This document shows positions 11,201 to 20,563 of a DNA stretch of 64,000 nt, one piece after another. Position numbers and translations under genes: made by a program. A model generated the notes under the pieces. It saw nothing but the letters and a program-made list of their open reading frames with translations, ran no database searches and was not told the DNA's origin. This stretch comes from Bacteroidota bacterium (GTDB taxonomy: Bacteria > Bacteroidota > Ignavibacteria > UBA10030 > UBA8401): positions 1,532-65,531 of the forward strand of contig JAJYOI010000003.1 of assembly GCA_021796275.1 (NCBI GenBank). The letters are read 5' to 3'. Within the stretch, counting starts at the first letter, position 1; every line of letters starts with the position of its first letter.

Positions 11201-11766
11201 TCAAGGTCGGCGTTGGGAACATCCTGACGCAGGTAGCCGGGCCACACATATTGCCCTTTCGACGGATTGTACCAACTCGAGGGCCAGCTATCCGGCTTGC
11301 CGTCACGCGGACTAATATCAGGTGCACCGCTTGATGCCATCACAGGCGATGAAGGATCAGCATAATCGGGCAACGGTTCCCATCCGTAAATGACCGAGTT
11401 GTCGTTCTGATCCACATCTTTTGCGTACACATCATTCACAGCATCGGAAGAGATCGCGACAACCTTGCCGCTTGAATCAATAACTGACGCCGCAACAAGT
11501 GGGCAAAACTGATAGATGTCGCCTAAGCCGTGCCAAACCATATTATTGACGTGGCGCAGAAGTCCGAGCCCCGGTGCAATGCCGCCGTAATTATAAATAT
11601 TTCCGACAATTTGGTTTCCGTTCATCAGGAAGTATTTCCTGTCGGCAGCGCTCGCCTGCTTATTAAACCATGCCGGAATATCCGCTTTCGTCAATCGCTG
11701 CTGCTGCGCAGTGAGGATTGCTGTGCAGCTTATCATAATGAGAATAATTCGACCGTACACTTTCAT
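8221..11766 (-). CDS. Large secreted protein with acidic Ca-binding-like motifs and T9SS-type C-terminal domain
   Basis: Signal peptide; DGIDNDGDG and DLNGNGKWD motifs; FN3-like segment; C-terminus IKVVPNPY...TIRIFTLSGELVRTL...WDL...GVYI...KFALIK. Confidence 0.75.
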   Translation of the reverse strand: MKVYGRIILIMISCTAILTAQQQRLTKADIPAWFNKQASAADRKYFLMNGNQIVGNIYNYGGIAPGLGLLRHVNNMVWHGLGDIYQFCPLVAASVIDSSGKVVAISSDAVNDVYAKDVDQNDNSVIYGWEPLPDYADPSSPVMASSGAPDISPRDGKPDSWPSSWYNPSKGQYVWPGYLRQDVPNADLEVLWGMDDRDNSEFAYFPFYKDTVASDGRHLRGLGVKVEGRALQWSNALAQNTIFFVYTVQNYSTRDLDTVYFGMYGDVDVGGGYPINTAESQDDLGFFISPLDTVDRLTGKPVAVFSRSLVYFWDNDGVGNYGLRTHYDACKFLESPGNPNDGIDNDGDGMIDESQTNGIDDDHDWKATNDDVGIDGVPDTHDPGEGDGVPTAGIRLPDGTLDPLHPGEPNFELTDLDESDQIGLTAFRSWTWGADPVNNLSTDSLVWQHLEEGFYNTIPQVTDISFLYGSGKISLKKRDTDGSIKRFSIALLMGENKDDILLTAQTVQVIYNQNYQFIRPPDKPIVTAVAGDRKATLYWDSEAENSVDPIQGKDFEGYVIYRSTDPQFSDINQITDGKGTSLLAQPLQDSKGRDAKWDIATRPEPFADSGSAGAVYDNTIKKWYKDLNGNGKWDASVDDYWKGYAPKAYDGRGVSYYLGDNTGLVHSYVDSNNVINGQTYYYAVVSYDHGDSVQYPPSECTKRISIDPITSRMTFDVNTVAVIPGPRSSGYTPPGFASAEGADHIQGSATGRITLQILNDMAISGDAQYGITFADSLQTDTKKIAAVNYSVLRLDPVTSQVYLFDTNYVKIGRTNVSVDSFFVVSDAQSNQVFAMNTDYVLDPVRGLLRKTGSGAMKNKTGPFNVTYRFFGQPPSTLINNEEANPVFDGIKVFAQNQPLALDTINSTWVNDNNKTIDYHVGLPTIGTIKVAPFDVQIFFYSSDTLANGMYAYGDTLPNTINKPVITPFHIVNVTKDSIRANIKITARILESKPTVVKGAKDGRWDFGEPIIFVTPPPYGSGNNTMYQVTFSAKDSLNKKFGGEIFRIVTQQPFTSKDVYQFQTVAAKFDAAKASGTLDRIKVVPNPYVAVNDIEPTDRLPGTTRGSRRIYFEHLPPRATIRIFTLSGELVRTLEHDSGIDNGREYWDLLNRDNLGVAYGVYIAHIDAPGVGQRIVKFALIK

Positions 11767-11794
11767 ACAATGTTCACCTTACGTCATGAATGAA

Positions 11795-14464
11795 TTAAAA
11801 AGTGATGGATGCGCCGACCTGTACTTCACGAGGCGGCGAATAATACGCAGGGTTATTGAAGTAATCGCTTGTTCCATGAATGCCGGGAACAACACCGACA
11901 TGCGCATCTACGTTTGCACCTTCACCGCGCGATGGCGCTAGAGTGTATGTTGCACGCCCTGTGTCGTCGTACACGAGCACTTCGTTGAGCGTATCAAAAA
12001 GATTGTAGACCTTCAAAAAAACAGTGTACGTCAAACCGGCAAATTGGAAATGTTTTTCCGCAACCAGATCAACTGTGGACTGCATCGGCTTCCTGGCGGA
12101 ATTGCGTTTGAGCACTACTTGGTTATCCGCGACAAACGGAGTGTACGGGAGACCGGCGCCGACTTTTCCGATAACACTGACGTTCCAATTTTGCGATTTA
12201 CCAAGCGTGAGCGTCGTGTTTAATGTGTGCGTCTGATCCCAATCAAGGAACACAACAACCTTTTCGCTTTCACGCCCGGATGATTGATCAATGAAGAATG
12301 CATCCGCGCTCACATCGTTGCCTTCGGCAACCTGAAATGTGTAATCAATCGTCAACGAAAGAAGATCGGAAGCAAGCCGCCGCTTCTCAAGTCTGAACGT
12401 GATGCCTTTAATATTTCCGTAATCTTGGTTGACATACATATTGAACGTCGTATCTCCGCTGATGCGGATTGTCTGCACGGCGAAAAGATCGCGCACATCT
12501 TTGTAAAAGCCGGTAACGTTCATGACAAGGTTATCGGTCAGTTGCTGCTGCAAGCCGAATTCGTACGTCACCGTCTTTTGCGGATCGAGGTTTGCATTGC
12601 CGAATGTTGTGGACGTTACATCCACACCGAATTTGAAGTTCGGATTTTCATACAACCGCCGAAGCTGCGGCATTTGGTAAAAATGCCCGTACGAAAAATG
12701 AATAATGCCGCGGTCGGTGATCGGGTACGAAATGCCGATGCGCGGACTTAACGTTTGCTTCGCCAGCGCGTCAACTTGTGCACCGCGCGGATAAAAAATA
12801 TTCGCCGGATACTTGGCATTCGCTTTAAAATAATCATATCGCAAACCGAGATTCAAAACGATATTTTGGTACTCCATCTTGTCCTGAAGATAGCCGGCGT
12901 ACTGCTTTGGAAATCGTGCGTAGCTGTTGATGCGTGAATCGTTTACCTGAGGATAAACGGGATGAAGATTAGTAACCAGATCGCGCAGCACAGTGCCGGA
13001 AAACTGCCGCATCTGCGGAAATACCGCCTCAACGCCGGCTTTCATTTCATTGCGTGCGGAAAGCTCCGATACAATATCGCCCTTCATCTGATACATCTCA
13101 GCAGTCTGCTCGAAACGCCCGTTAAGCGTTCCGCCTAAATAAAATCCGCCGCCCGACATGCCGGTCTGCAAATCTTCCGTCGGTGCATAATGAATGGAAT
13201 CCATATCCTTGTACCGGTATTGTTCATAATCGTACCGGCTGTACGACCCGCGGATTTTAATGTAGGTCTTCGTGTCGAACCAATCGGTGTATTCTATCGT
13301 ATGAAAAACATCATTCTCGTAATTGTTGTAGGTGCCATCCGGATTATATTTGAACGCATGATTGTAGCCGCGGTAACGATCCTGATTGAACACGAAATCA
13401 TAACTCAATTTTCGTGTTGAGCTCAAATTGAATGTCACACGATTGCTCGCGCTGATCGAATTGTCGGGATTCATCGGAACAAGTGCACCGTCTCCCGTCA
13501 TCGGCACAATCCAGTTTGTGTCGTTCGTGAAGTCGGGTCTATCCCACACTGAATGTTCGCGCACGCCGTAAAGCCAGCCGCGGTCAATTTCCGAACGCGC
13601 AGAAGCAAAGAAAGTCACCGATCCGTTCGTCAGCGGAATTGGTCCTCCAACCGATCCTTCGGTAATATAATTGCTCAGCGGATCGATCTTATCCACGTTC
13701 AAAAAAATGTTGTTGTGTGAACTGACTCTGTCTCCTGTGTAAAAAGTAATCTGGCCGTTGTACGTTTCCCCGCCTTCTTTCAAGCCTGTTTCCACCACGC
13801 CGCTCAACGCGTTGCCGTATTCAGCATTGAATGTTCCCTGCACGACCGATAATTCCTGAATTGCATTCGTTGCAATGGTGATGCTGTTCGTATTGGTGAA
13901 CGGATTATTGATGGAAACGCCGTTCACCGTGTAAGAAACCTCATCCGCTCTGCCGCCGCGGAAATGAAGCGCCCCGCCCGCATCGGCAATCACGCCGGCC
14001 TGAGTGGAAAGAATCGCCGTTACATTTTCGACAGGAAGCGCTTTGATCTGCGAGGCATCAACCGAAACCTGTGACGAAGTGAGATCGGTTCGCACCAGCG
14101 GACGCTCGGCGTGAACAACGACAGCTTCAAGATTTACCGCTTCGGAAGAAAGCTTCACATCAATGCGCGTAGTGAAGTCGGTGTTGACCTGCACGCCTTC
14201 AAAAATGTACTTCCGATAACCGACACTGGAAATATTCAGCGTATAGGTACCGGGACCGACGTTTGCAATGACATACATACCGCCAATATCAGACGCGGCG
14301 CCGGTTTTCGTTCCGGCAATGAGAACGGTTGCGCCCGCGATCGGTTCGCCGGTTTTTTCATCAGTGATTGTTCCGGAAATTTTTCCCGTTGTGCCGGAAT
14401 AAAGGGAAGAAACAAAAAGAAGGGTCAGCAGAATTATCGTACATCGGCAGTACCAATGAGCCAT
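11795..14464 (-). CDS. TonB-dependent receptor with N-terminal carboxypeptidase-regulatory-like domain
   Basis: GKISGTITDEKTGEPI, plug domain HFRGGR and GTFNAEYG, SPRIGISYP; terminal Phe. Confidence 0.92.
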   Translation of the reverse strand: MAHWYCRCTIILLTLLFVSSLYSGTTGKISGTITDEKTGEPIAGATVLIAGTKTGAASDIGGMYVIANVGPGTYTLNISSVGYRKYIFEGVQVNTDFTTRIDVKLSSEAVNLEAVVVHAERPLVRTDLTSSQVSVDASQIKALPVENVTAILSTQAGVIADAGGALHFRGGRADEVSYTVNGVSINNPFTNTNSITIATNAIQELSVVQGTFNAEYGNALSGVVETGLKEGGETYNGQITFYTGDRVSSHNNIFLNVDKIDPLSNYITEGSVGGPIPLTNGSVTFFASARSEIDRGWLYGVREHSVWDRPDFTNDTNWIVPMTGDGALVPMNPDNSISASNRVTFNLSSTRKLSYDFVFNQDRYRGYNHAFKYNPDGTYNNYENDVFHTIEYTDWFDTKTYIKIRGSYSRYDYEQYRYKDMDSIHYAPTEDLQTGMSGGGFYLGGTLNGRFEQTAEMYQMKGDIVSELSARNEMKAGVEAVFPQMRQFSGTVLRDLVTNLHPVYPQVNDSRINSYARFPKQYAGYLQDKMEYQNIVLNLGLRYDYFKANAKYPANIFYPRGAQVDALAKQTLSPRIGISYPITDRGIIHFSYGHFYQMPQLRRLYENPNFKFGVDVTSTTFGNANLDPQKTVTYEFGLQQQLTDNLVMNVTGFYKDVRDLFAVQTIRISGDTTFNMYVNQDYGNIKGITFRLEKRRLASDLLSLTIDYTFQVAEGNDVSADAFFIDQSSGRESEKVVVFLDWDQTHTLNTTLTLGKSQNWNVSVIGKVGAGLPYTPFVADNQVVLKRNSARKPMQSTVDLVAEKHFQFAGLTYTVFLKVYNLFDTLNEVLVYDDTGRATYTLAPSRGEGANVDAHVGVVPGIHGTSDYFNNPAYYSPPREVQVGASITF

Positions 14465-14599
14465 GGATCATCTCCAATTCTTGTGAGAAGACAGAGAGAG
14501 CTGAGTAGTTGAATGACTGCGACTTGTCCGCCTTTGGCGGAAATGTTCCGAAGGAGTCCCTTCGGGACTTATGAGAAGATCAGTTGATTTGCCGCTGAA

Positions 14600-14628
14600 A
14601 ATATACAGAGAGAGTTTGTGGATGTCAA
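14600..14628 (-). promoter_or_regulatory. Sigma70 promoter of the TonB receptor operon
   Basis: TTGACA-17 bp-TATATT. Confidence 0.65.
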
Positions 14629-14646
14629 GACCTGAAAGATGAAATA

Positions 14647-15135
14647 TCATTTCTTTTCGATAACAGCAACCTGGCCAGTCCAATGAGCCACTCTTGCTCG
14701 TATCACTTCCTTTTTCATGTTGTGTTCAATGCCGTCGAGAATAACTTTTTCTTTTCCAAAGGTATTACCAAGAACGTAAGCGAAACCAGCTCCGACTACT
14801 GTGCCGATGAGAACACCATCCCAGCGAACATGGTCGGTGCGATCAGGATCGAGAATATTGTCGTTTCCCGTTGCTCCGATTATTCCTCCCATCAGTGTCA
14901 GCATTAACAACGCCGGATTGTAATTATAAGTGAGACTATGAATGCTGTCAATGTGCATCCATTACATATTTCTTTTCGAATCGGAGCAGCCGACAGAATC
15001 GTTGCGAACAGTGTCAGGATGCACTTCGCTAAATGTGGTTCCGTTAAAACATGCAACTGTCCAGTTGTAATGCTGAGAGTAAGTTGTTGTAGGTAGAACT
15101 AAAAAAAGAATTACAACCGTATAAAGTGCTCTCAT
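14647..15135 (-). pseudogene. Secreted glycine-zipper-like hypothetical protein with in-frame TAA at 14962-14964
   Basis: MRALYTVVILF...SKRNM*WMHIDS... is continuous in one frame and resembles the neighbour at 15158..15628. Confidence 0.7.
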
Positions 15136-15157
15136 CTCTTTTGAAATGATTGGACGT

Positions 15158-15628
15158 TCAATTATGAAATAATCCGCTTAATAATTTTCTTTTCTCTTCA
15201 GTATTCATTTTTTCAATCTGATACTTAGTGTCCGTTCCTTGCGCAGACCCAAGCAGGCCGCCTATTGTACCACCTACGACTATTCCTAGACCAGTTAACG
15301 ACAAACGTCCAAATTGCGAGAGCGGATCGTTTGATCCCTGCAAAGTTGTATTAAAGAATACTCCTCCGACAACAGCGCCAATCAGGAATCCAATTCCAAA
15401 TTTCGATGTATTCCTTTTCACAAGATACTTAACGGAATCCTGATGAAGCACAATCGCCCGGTCCATAAATTTCAGATACAATGAATCCGACTCGTACTTG
15501 TCCACTGTGATATTGACAAATGGCTGATTGGAAACTGAGTATATATCCCACAACTGGGGTTGAGCAAAAATTCTCTGTTGGAAAAAAATGCTGATCGAAA
15601 TAAGAAAAAGAACAAGTCCGTATTTCAT
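15158..15628 (-). CDS. Hypothetical protein with signal peptide and glycine-zipper TM hairpin
   Basis: GFLIGAVVGG...GIVVGGTIGGLLG. Confidence 0.7.
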   Translation of the reverse strand: MKYGLVLFLISISIFFQQRIFAQPQLWDIYSVSNQPFVNITVDKYESDSLYLKFMDRAIVLHQDSVKYLVKRNTSKFGIGFLIGAVVGGVFFNTTLQGSNDPLSQFGRLSLTGLGIVVGGTIGGLLGSAQGTDTKYQIEKMNTEEKRKLLSGLFHN

Positions 15629-15649
15629 AAAAACAATCCTCCATACTTC

Positions 15650-16450
15650 TCAGTACGGAAACTTCTTATCCATCTTCGCCTTTGCCAACTCAACAACAAA
15701 TTGTGCAAGCCGCTCAACAACAATGCTGAGATATTGCTCTCCTTTTCTTACCGACGCTTTCCGCGGGTCGCCGTGCGTGGAATCTTTCGTGACAAGATGC
15801 CACGGACGCGCCACAGAAGCCCAACCGCGATTGATCGCTTCAAAGCGGGAAGGATTTGTCGAACCGTCGCTTGCATCACCAAGATGCACAAGTTCGCCGA
15901 ACAGCGCCATATCAACACTCGTTTCAAGCTCATCGGCGTGCTCGCCGGGATTCTCAAAAATTTCTTTGATCCTGTCGTTCCCCGCTTTCCACCAATCAAT
16001 CAAACACGCAAACACTTTCGTCTTCGGATAAATATCCCGCAGCAACGGCTTGAAATCATTTCCGCCGTGGCCGTTCACAATAATAAGTTTGAAGATGTCG
16101 TGGTATTCGAGGGCCCGAATAATGTCCATCACCATTTCATCCAGCGTTGCCTGGCGAACATTAAGATTCATCGGAAAGCCCATTGTGTTTCCCTGAACAC
16201 CGTACGGGATTGTTGGCAGCAGCAGCGGGCGCGCGCCTTTTTTCCACGCCTCCGCGCAGACGCGATCGGCAATTGCGGCGGCATGAAATGCATCCGAGCC
16301 GTACGGCACATGCATTCCGTGCGCTTCCGTCGAGCCGATTGGCAGCAATGCAACGGTGTATTGATTCTGGCGGAGAATTTTTTGTGTAAGCGTTTGCAAA
16401 CGCCATGGCTGGTAACTTGGCGCGGTGAATTGTGCTTTCGTGTCTGTCAT
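15650..16450 (-). CDS. Creatininase family protein
   Basis: PIGSTEAHGMH, NGHGGN and HADELETS motifs. Confidence 0.9.
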   Translation of the reverse strand: MTDTKAQFTAPSYQPWRLQTLTQKILRQNQYTVALLPIGSTEAHGMHVPYGSDAFHAAAIADRVCAEAWKKGARPLLLPTIPYGVQGNTMGFPMNLNVRQATLDEMVMDIIRALEYHDIFKLIIVNGHGGNDFKPLLRDIYPKTKVFACLIDWWKAGNDRIKEIFENPGEHADELETSVDMALFGELVHLGDASDGSTNPSRFEAINRGWASVARPWHLVTKDSTHGDPRKASVRKGEQYLSIVVERLAQFVVELAKAKMDKKFPY

Positions 16451-16929
16451 AATTTATATCCGATCGTTCGTAAAAAGTTTTTTCGTGTTTGAATATCTGT
16501 TTCTGTTTCAATGCCTTTCGTTCTCATGCCGTCAATCACACCCATGATGCCGCGCCCTTGTTCGGTTTCGGCAACGATGACTTCCACCGGATTCGCCGTC
16601 GCGCAATAAATGCGACACACCTCGGAAACATTTTTGATCGCGTTCAGAATGTTCACCGGAAATCCGTTTTCCATAAATATAATGAAAGCATGTCCGCAGG
16701 AAAGATTCATCGCGTTCTTTTTTGCCAGCGCGATCATCGCATCGTCATTGCCGCTCCAGCGCACAAGCGCCGGGCCGGATGATTCGCAGAAGCCAATTCC
16801 GAATTTGATTGCGCTGTTTGTTTGTACAATCGCTTCATGAATATCTTCCACCGTTTTAATAAAATGCGATTGTCCGAGAATGAAATTCATGTCGGCCGGT
16901 TTTTCAATGTGTAGTGTAAGAAGCTGCAT
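16447..16929 (-). CDS. Adenosine-specific kinase family protein (DUF355)
   Basis: NFILGQSHFIKTVED, FCESSG and CATANP motifs; C-terminal GYK. Confidence 0.85.
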   Translation of the reverse strand: MQLLTLHIEKPADMNFILGQSHFIKTVEDIHEAIVQTNSAIKFGIGFCESSGPALVRWSGNDDAMIALAKKNAMNLSCGHAFIIFMENGFPVNILNAIKNVSEVCRIYCATANPVEVIVAETEQGRGIMGVIDGMRTKGIETETDIQTRKNFLRTIGYKL

Positions 16930-16950
16930 ACATTTTATCCTTTCGTCAAC

Positions 16951-17961
16951 CTACCCTTTCACTTGTAATTTTACTTTCAAGAATTGAATCCACTTATCAA
17001 ATTCGTAGATGTCCGCTTTGGGTCCGTAATAATGTGAAAGCAGAGAACATGCAGCGACATTCGCGGCAAGATTGTTGGAATTTTCGAGAAGGTAAAGCAA
17101 ATCCACCGTTATCTGTTCCGGCTGCTGCTTCCATAACTGTGACATGACGGCATGAACTTGATGTACTGAAAGTCTCGGGTCCTGCATCAGCTTCACCAAT
17201 TGAGGACCCGACACCTCGGTAACAATCGTTGTGTCGCTGCCTAAAATAATTGGAGCATACTCTCCGCCGGTCGAATATTCCGGTGAACGCAGTACCGCGT
17301 ACTGTAATTTTGTATTGAAAAGATTCTTCTCAATCGAAGACGGCGCTGAAAGCGGCACAGCTTCTTCTTTTTCTCCGCCGCGTTTTGAAATATTCTGCAA
17401 TTGTGTAAAAGCCGTACGCGAGCCTCGCCGTGCCGCCGAATCTAATGAATAAATTTCGTTCAATCCTTTAAAATACGTCATAAGTTCGTTGTTGCGCTGT
17501 GTCAGTTTTATTTCAACGGTTCGCTGCAGCACCGCAAGCGCAGAATCCATTCGAAACGCGTATCGTTCCACTTCAGAGCCTGTAAACATTTTCATTTCGC
17601 TCATGCGTTCGTCAAGCGTTTGTTTCTGTGAAGTGCTGAACGAGCGAAGCATTCCGAACACGGTTGCTATCGTCATTCCGACAAGAACGACGAACACAGA
17701 AACGAGCATCCAAAAGTACCGGCGGTTTTGGCTGGAAAGAAGCCGAAGTTCGTGCTCGAGCTCCGTCTGCAAATTCGATTTGAATGTTTTGATTTGATAT
17801 TCAATGCCATCGCTTAAATCTTTTCGGATGATTTGAAAAACATCCTTCCCGCCCTCCTCAACAGGAATGTCTTTCATTTCTTCAGGCGCGACTAATGATG
17901 ATGGCTTTTTTACGGGAGAATCGGTTTTTTTTCTCCGTGTTATCGGTTTGCTCTTTGCCAT
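16951..17961 (-). CDS. Hypothetical single-TM coiled-coil protein
   Basis: Basic N-terminus, one TM segment, helical C-terminus; start taken at MAKSK. Confidence 0.65.
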   Translation of the reverse strand: MAKSKPITRRKKTDSPVKKPSSLVAPEEMKDIPVEEGGKDVFQIIRKDLSDGIEYQIKTFKSNLQTELEHELRLLSSQNRRYFWMLVSVFVVLVGMTIATVFGMLRSFSTSQKQTLDERMSEMKMFTGSEVERYAFRMDSALAVLQRTVEIKLTQRNNELMTYFKGLNEIYSLDSAARRGSRTAFTQLQNISKRGGEKEEAVPLSAPSSIEKNLFNTKLQYAVLRSPEYSTGGEYAPIILGSDTTIVTEVSGPQLVKLMQDPRLSVHQVHAVMSQLWKQQPEQITVDLLYLLENSNNLAANVAACSLLSHYYGPKADIYEFDKWIQFLKVKLQVKG

Positions 17962-18135
17962 AGTATCACCCATTCGGATTTGTGAAGGAAAAGACCGCCA
18001 CAAAATTGATAAGCTTGCTAAAGAAAAACCGCTTGAAACTTATAGATTGAAACCCGTAAAGTCAAGAGCGTTTTTCGGCAAAGAAAACCTCACTTGCAAC
18101 AGAGAAAAAAACTTTCTATCCTGTGTACGAAAAAT

Positions 18136-18729
18136 ATGAAGCCGAACACACCCACACCGCGTCTTTCTAACTCGCTTGTATTCATGTTTAAAGACGATTT
18201 TTGGTTTTCAAAAGTCTTCGTTGGCGGATTGGTATTCCTTCTCTCCGCCGTTCTTGTTGGAATTTTTCTATTGATCGGCTATCTTATAGAACTGATGAAC
18301 GGGTTTCTTCACGATAATGAAACACTGCCTGAATGGCGTCACAGCGGACGTTTCTTTTCACATGGAATTCGCCTTGTGTTTGCCCTCGCCGTGTACGCTG
18401 TGCCGTTTGCTGCTTTGAATGTTTTGTATCATTCTGCATGGATCATTGCAGGAAGCATCGTTGTTCTTCTCATCGCGTCGCCCGTTTTTGCTGCTCAATA
18501 TGCCTTCCGGTTTTTGCTTCGCGACTGTTTTGACTGGAAATCAATATTGACACTTGTTCTCCGCACGCCACTATTTTTTTTGTGCGGCGTTTTGATCTCG
18601 TACGGAACCGTAGCGTTATCAATTTCACTCGGCTGGATGATGCTCATCATCGGTTGGCCATTCGTCGTTTTTTGGGGAATGCTTGTTCAGTCGCACATGT
18701 TCGCAACGCTGAAAAAGCAGTCGTTATAA
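18136..18729 (+). CDS. DUF4013-like membrane protein
   Basis: F.D..W..K..GG...GY...LPEW motif pattern. Confidence 0.65.
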   Translation: MKPNTPTPRLSNSLVFMFKDDFWFSKVFVGGLVFLLSAVLVGIFLLIGYLIELMNGFLHDNETLPEWRHSGRFFSHGIRLVFALAVYAVPFAALNVLYHSAWIIAGSIVVLLIASPVFAAQYAFRFLLRDCFDWKSILTLVLRTPLFFLCGVLISYGTVALSISLGWMMLIIGWPFVVFWGMLVQSHMFATLKKQSL

Positions 18730-18754
18730 TTGCTTCGGACCGTTTCCATTTTTT

Positions 18755-19684
18755 GTGTCACTGCCCGACATTCCGGTGCACACCGTGAAAAATTTCTTCA
18801 AAAAACTTTTTGCCGAAACATACTACTACCTTCAGGGCGTTTACGTGCGGTTCATCGAAGACGATATTCTCTTCCTCGCATCGGGAATTGCATTCAACAT
18901 CATTCTCTGCCTTATCCCGCTTCTTCTTCTTTTCTCTTCACTCATCGGCTCGTTGCTGAATTCCACACAAATTGCGACGGCGAACATTCAGGAACTTGTT
19001 GCTAAGGCGCTCCCCAACCGCCCGTACGCGTCGGAAGTCGGCCACTTCGCGGGCCGCATCATTCATGATCTTGTGGCGTTCCGTAAATCGATGGGAATTT
19101 TTGGTGTGATCGTTTTGATTTATACCAGCACTTCGTTATTTAGCGCCGTGCGCAGTGCGCTTCACAGAATTTACCGCATCAATTCGACGCACAGTATTTT
19201 GATTGCGCAAGTAAAAGACATTTTACTTGTACTTGCGCTTGGAATTCTTTTTATCCTGCTGACAGTGCTTCAATGGGTTTACTCTTTCATCAATCAATAC
19301 AGCAGCGAACTTTTCCGGCAAACCGGAGAACCGTTTTTCATCGGGCTTCCGGAATTCATTCCGGCAATCACTACGTTTGCTCTTCTTATTATCATTGCAT
19401 TCATTGCTTACCGCTTCATTCCATTTTACGGCACTACCGTACGTTCATCGCTTGTTGCCGCGCTGACAACAACCATTTTGTGGGAAACTGCGAGTTACCT
19501 TTTCTCGTGGTATTTAGAAACGTTCCACCCTTTTAATGAATTGTACGGAACGTACGCATTCATTCTTGTAACAATGGTGTGGATTTATTATTCAAGCGTT
19601 GTCTTTGTGGTGGGCGGAGCGATTGGCGGGCTGTACCGGGAACGACACGAAGCGGATGATGCTGAGATTATAACGGTAGCGTAA
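18755..19684 (+). CDS. YihY/virulence factor BrkB family membrane protein
   Basis: ASGIAF, ALHRIY and YGTYAF..VWIYY motifs. Confidence 0.85.
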   Translation: MSLPDIPVHTVKNFFKKLFAETYYYLQGVYVRFIEDDILFLASGIAFNIILCLIPLLLLFSSLIGSLLNSTQIATANIQELVAKALPNRPYASEVGHFAGRIIHDLVAFRKSMGIFGVIVLIYTSTSLFSAVRSALHRIYRINSTHSILIAQVKDILLVLALGILFILLTVLQWVYSFINQYSSELFRQTGEPFFIGLPEFIPAITTFALLIIIAFIAYRFIPFYGTTVRSSLVAALTTTILWETASYLFSWYLETFHPFNELYGTYAFILVTMVWIYYSSVVFVVGGAIGGLYRERHEADDAEIITVA

Positions 19685-19843
19685 CGATTAGGCAAACCGC
19701 AGTTACAAGCACTTTACATTTGGTCAATCTGAACTTCAACGTTACCTATCCAGTGTGCGAGCGCCGGTTTGCCGTTTGTCATACGCCGCGCAGCCGTCCA
19801 GCATGGTTCAAGTGCTTCGAGGTCGTTCAGCGACGACGTTCAT

Positions 19844-20365
19844 TCAAGTGAAAATAGAGATAATCAACAGCACGATGCAAACGACTGCATACACTCCGGG
19901 TATTAACGTGACAAAAACGCGTGACGAAATCTTCAGCCCCAGTGAATCGATCATTCGGTTCGGCCAGCCTGTGAGTCGCGCTTCGAGTCCCTTCCCGTGT
20001 CGAATTCTCTCCTTTGCTTGAACAAAGGGGCCATTCGGAAGATTCAACGATCCTTCGACTTCTTCGCCGAGTCGTGTATAGAGATCTATGAATATGCTGA
20101 CACGGCTTGCTATCGTAATCCATAGTGAGCTGATTCCTAAGCCACCAAGAGATAGGAGTATCAATACTATCCTGCGAGGGGTAGTTGCTTGTGTGACAAA
20201 TACTGCTGCCCATGCGAGCAAGAGAATGGTGCTCGCGACGAGGAAATTGTTCAATATCGACCAACGTTCTTCTTCAGCATGCACCCAGTGTTGGTGGATG
20301 GCATCGTAGGCGACGATTAACTCACTGCGTTTCTCGGCTGCGGCGTTTTTGGATTGTCTCGGCAT
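19844..20365 (-). CDS. Cassette-borne hypothetical membrane protein (3 TM)
   Basis: Strong SD (AGGAGG); lies directly downstream of the attC R' box. Confidence 0.7.
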   Translation of the reverse strand: MPRQSKNAAAEKRSELIVAYDAIHQHWVHAEEERWSILNNFLVASTILLLAWAAVFVTQATTPRRIVLILLSLGGLGISSLWITIASRVSIFIDLYTRLGEEVEGSLNLPNGPFVQAKERIRHGKGLEARLTGWPNRMIDSLGLKISSRVFVTLIPGVYAVVCIVLLIISIFT

Positions 20366-20415
20366 AATGTCCTCCTAAATACCCTTTGCGGAAAATCGTG
20401 ATCCCGCTGCGTGGC

Positions 20416-20548
20416 GCATAACGTCTCGGCAAACAACGCCGCCGTTTTGCGAACTATCAAATGACAAATCCATCGTGAGCAGAACGGCGGAACGAGCACA
20501 ATTATTTCCTTTCAAACAGAGCGAGTGTCGTTATTCGCCGTGTTATAC
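20416..20548 (-). mobile_element. attC site
   Basis: Minus strand R'' GTATAAC just after the stop of 20564..21274 and R' GTTATGC; imperfect palindrome; shares blocks with the attC at 47516. Confidence 0.75.
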
Positions 20549-20563
20549 GCAGGGCCGGTTGCG

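Noticed and set aside
14962..14964. Programmed stop-codon recoding
   Set aside because: The codon is TAA, used as a normal stop throughout the window; it is neither the Sec (TGA) nor the Pyl (TAG) codon.
15560..16492. Long antisense ORFs (also 25035..25994, 41562..42320, 55914..56792)
   Set aside because: They are shadows of well-supported genes on the opposite strand and have no recognisable motifs.
19734..19812. attC after the 3-TM cassette gene
   Set aside because: Only weak CTTGAAC/GTTGAAG boxes and poor internal pairing; it may be a relic but is not supportable.
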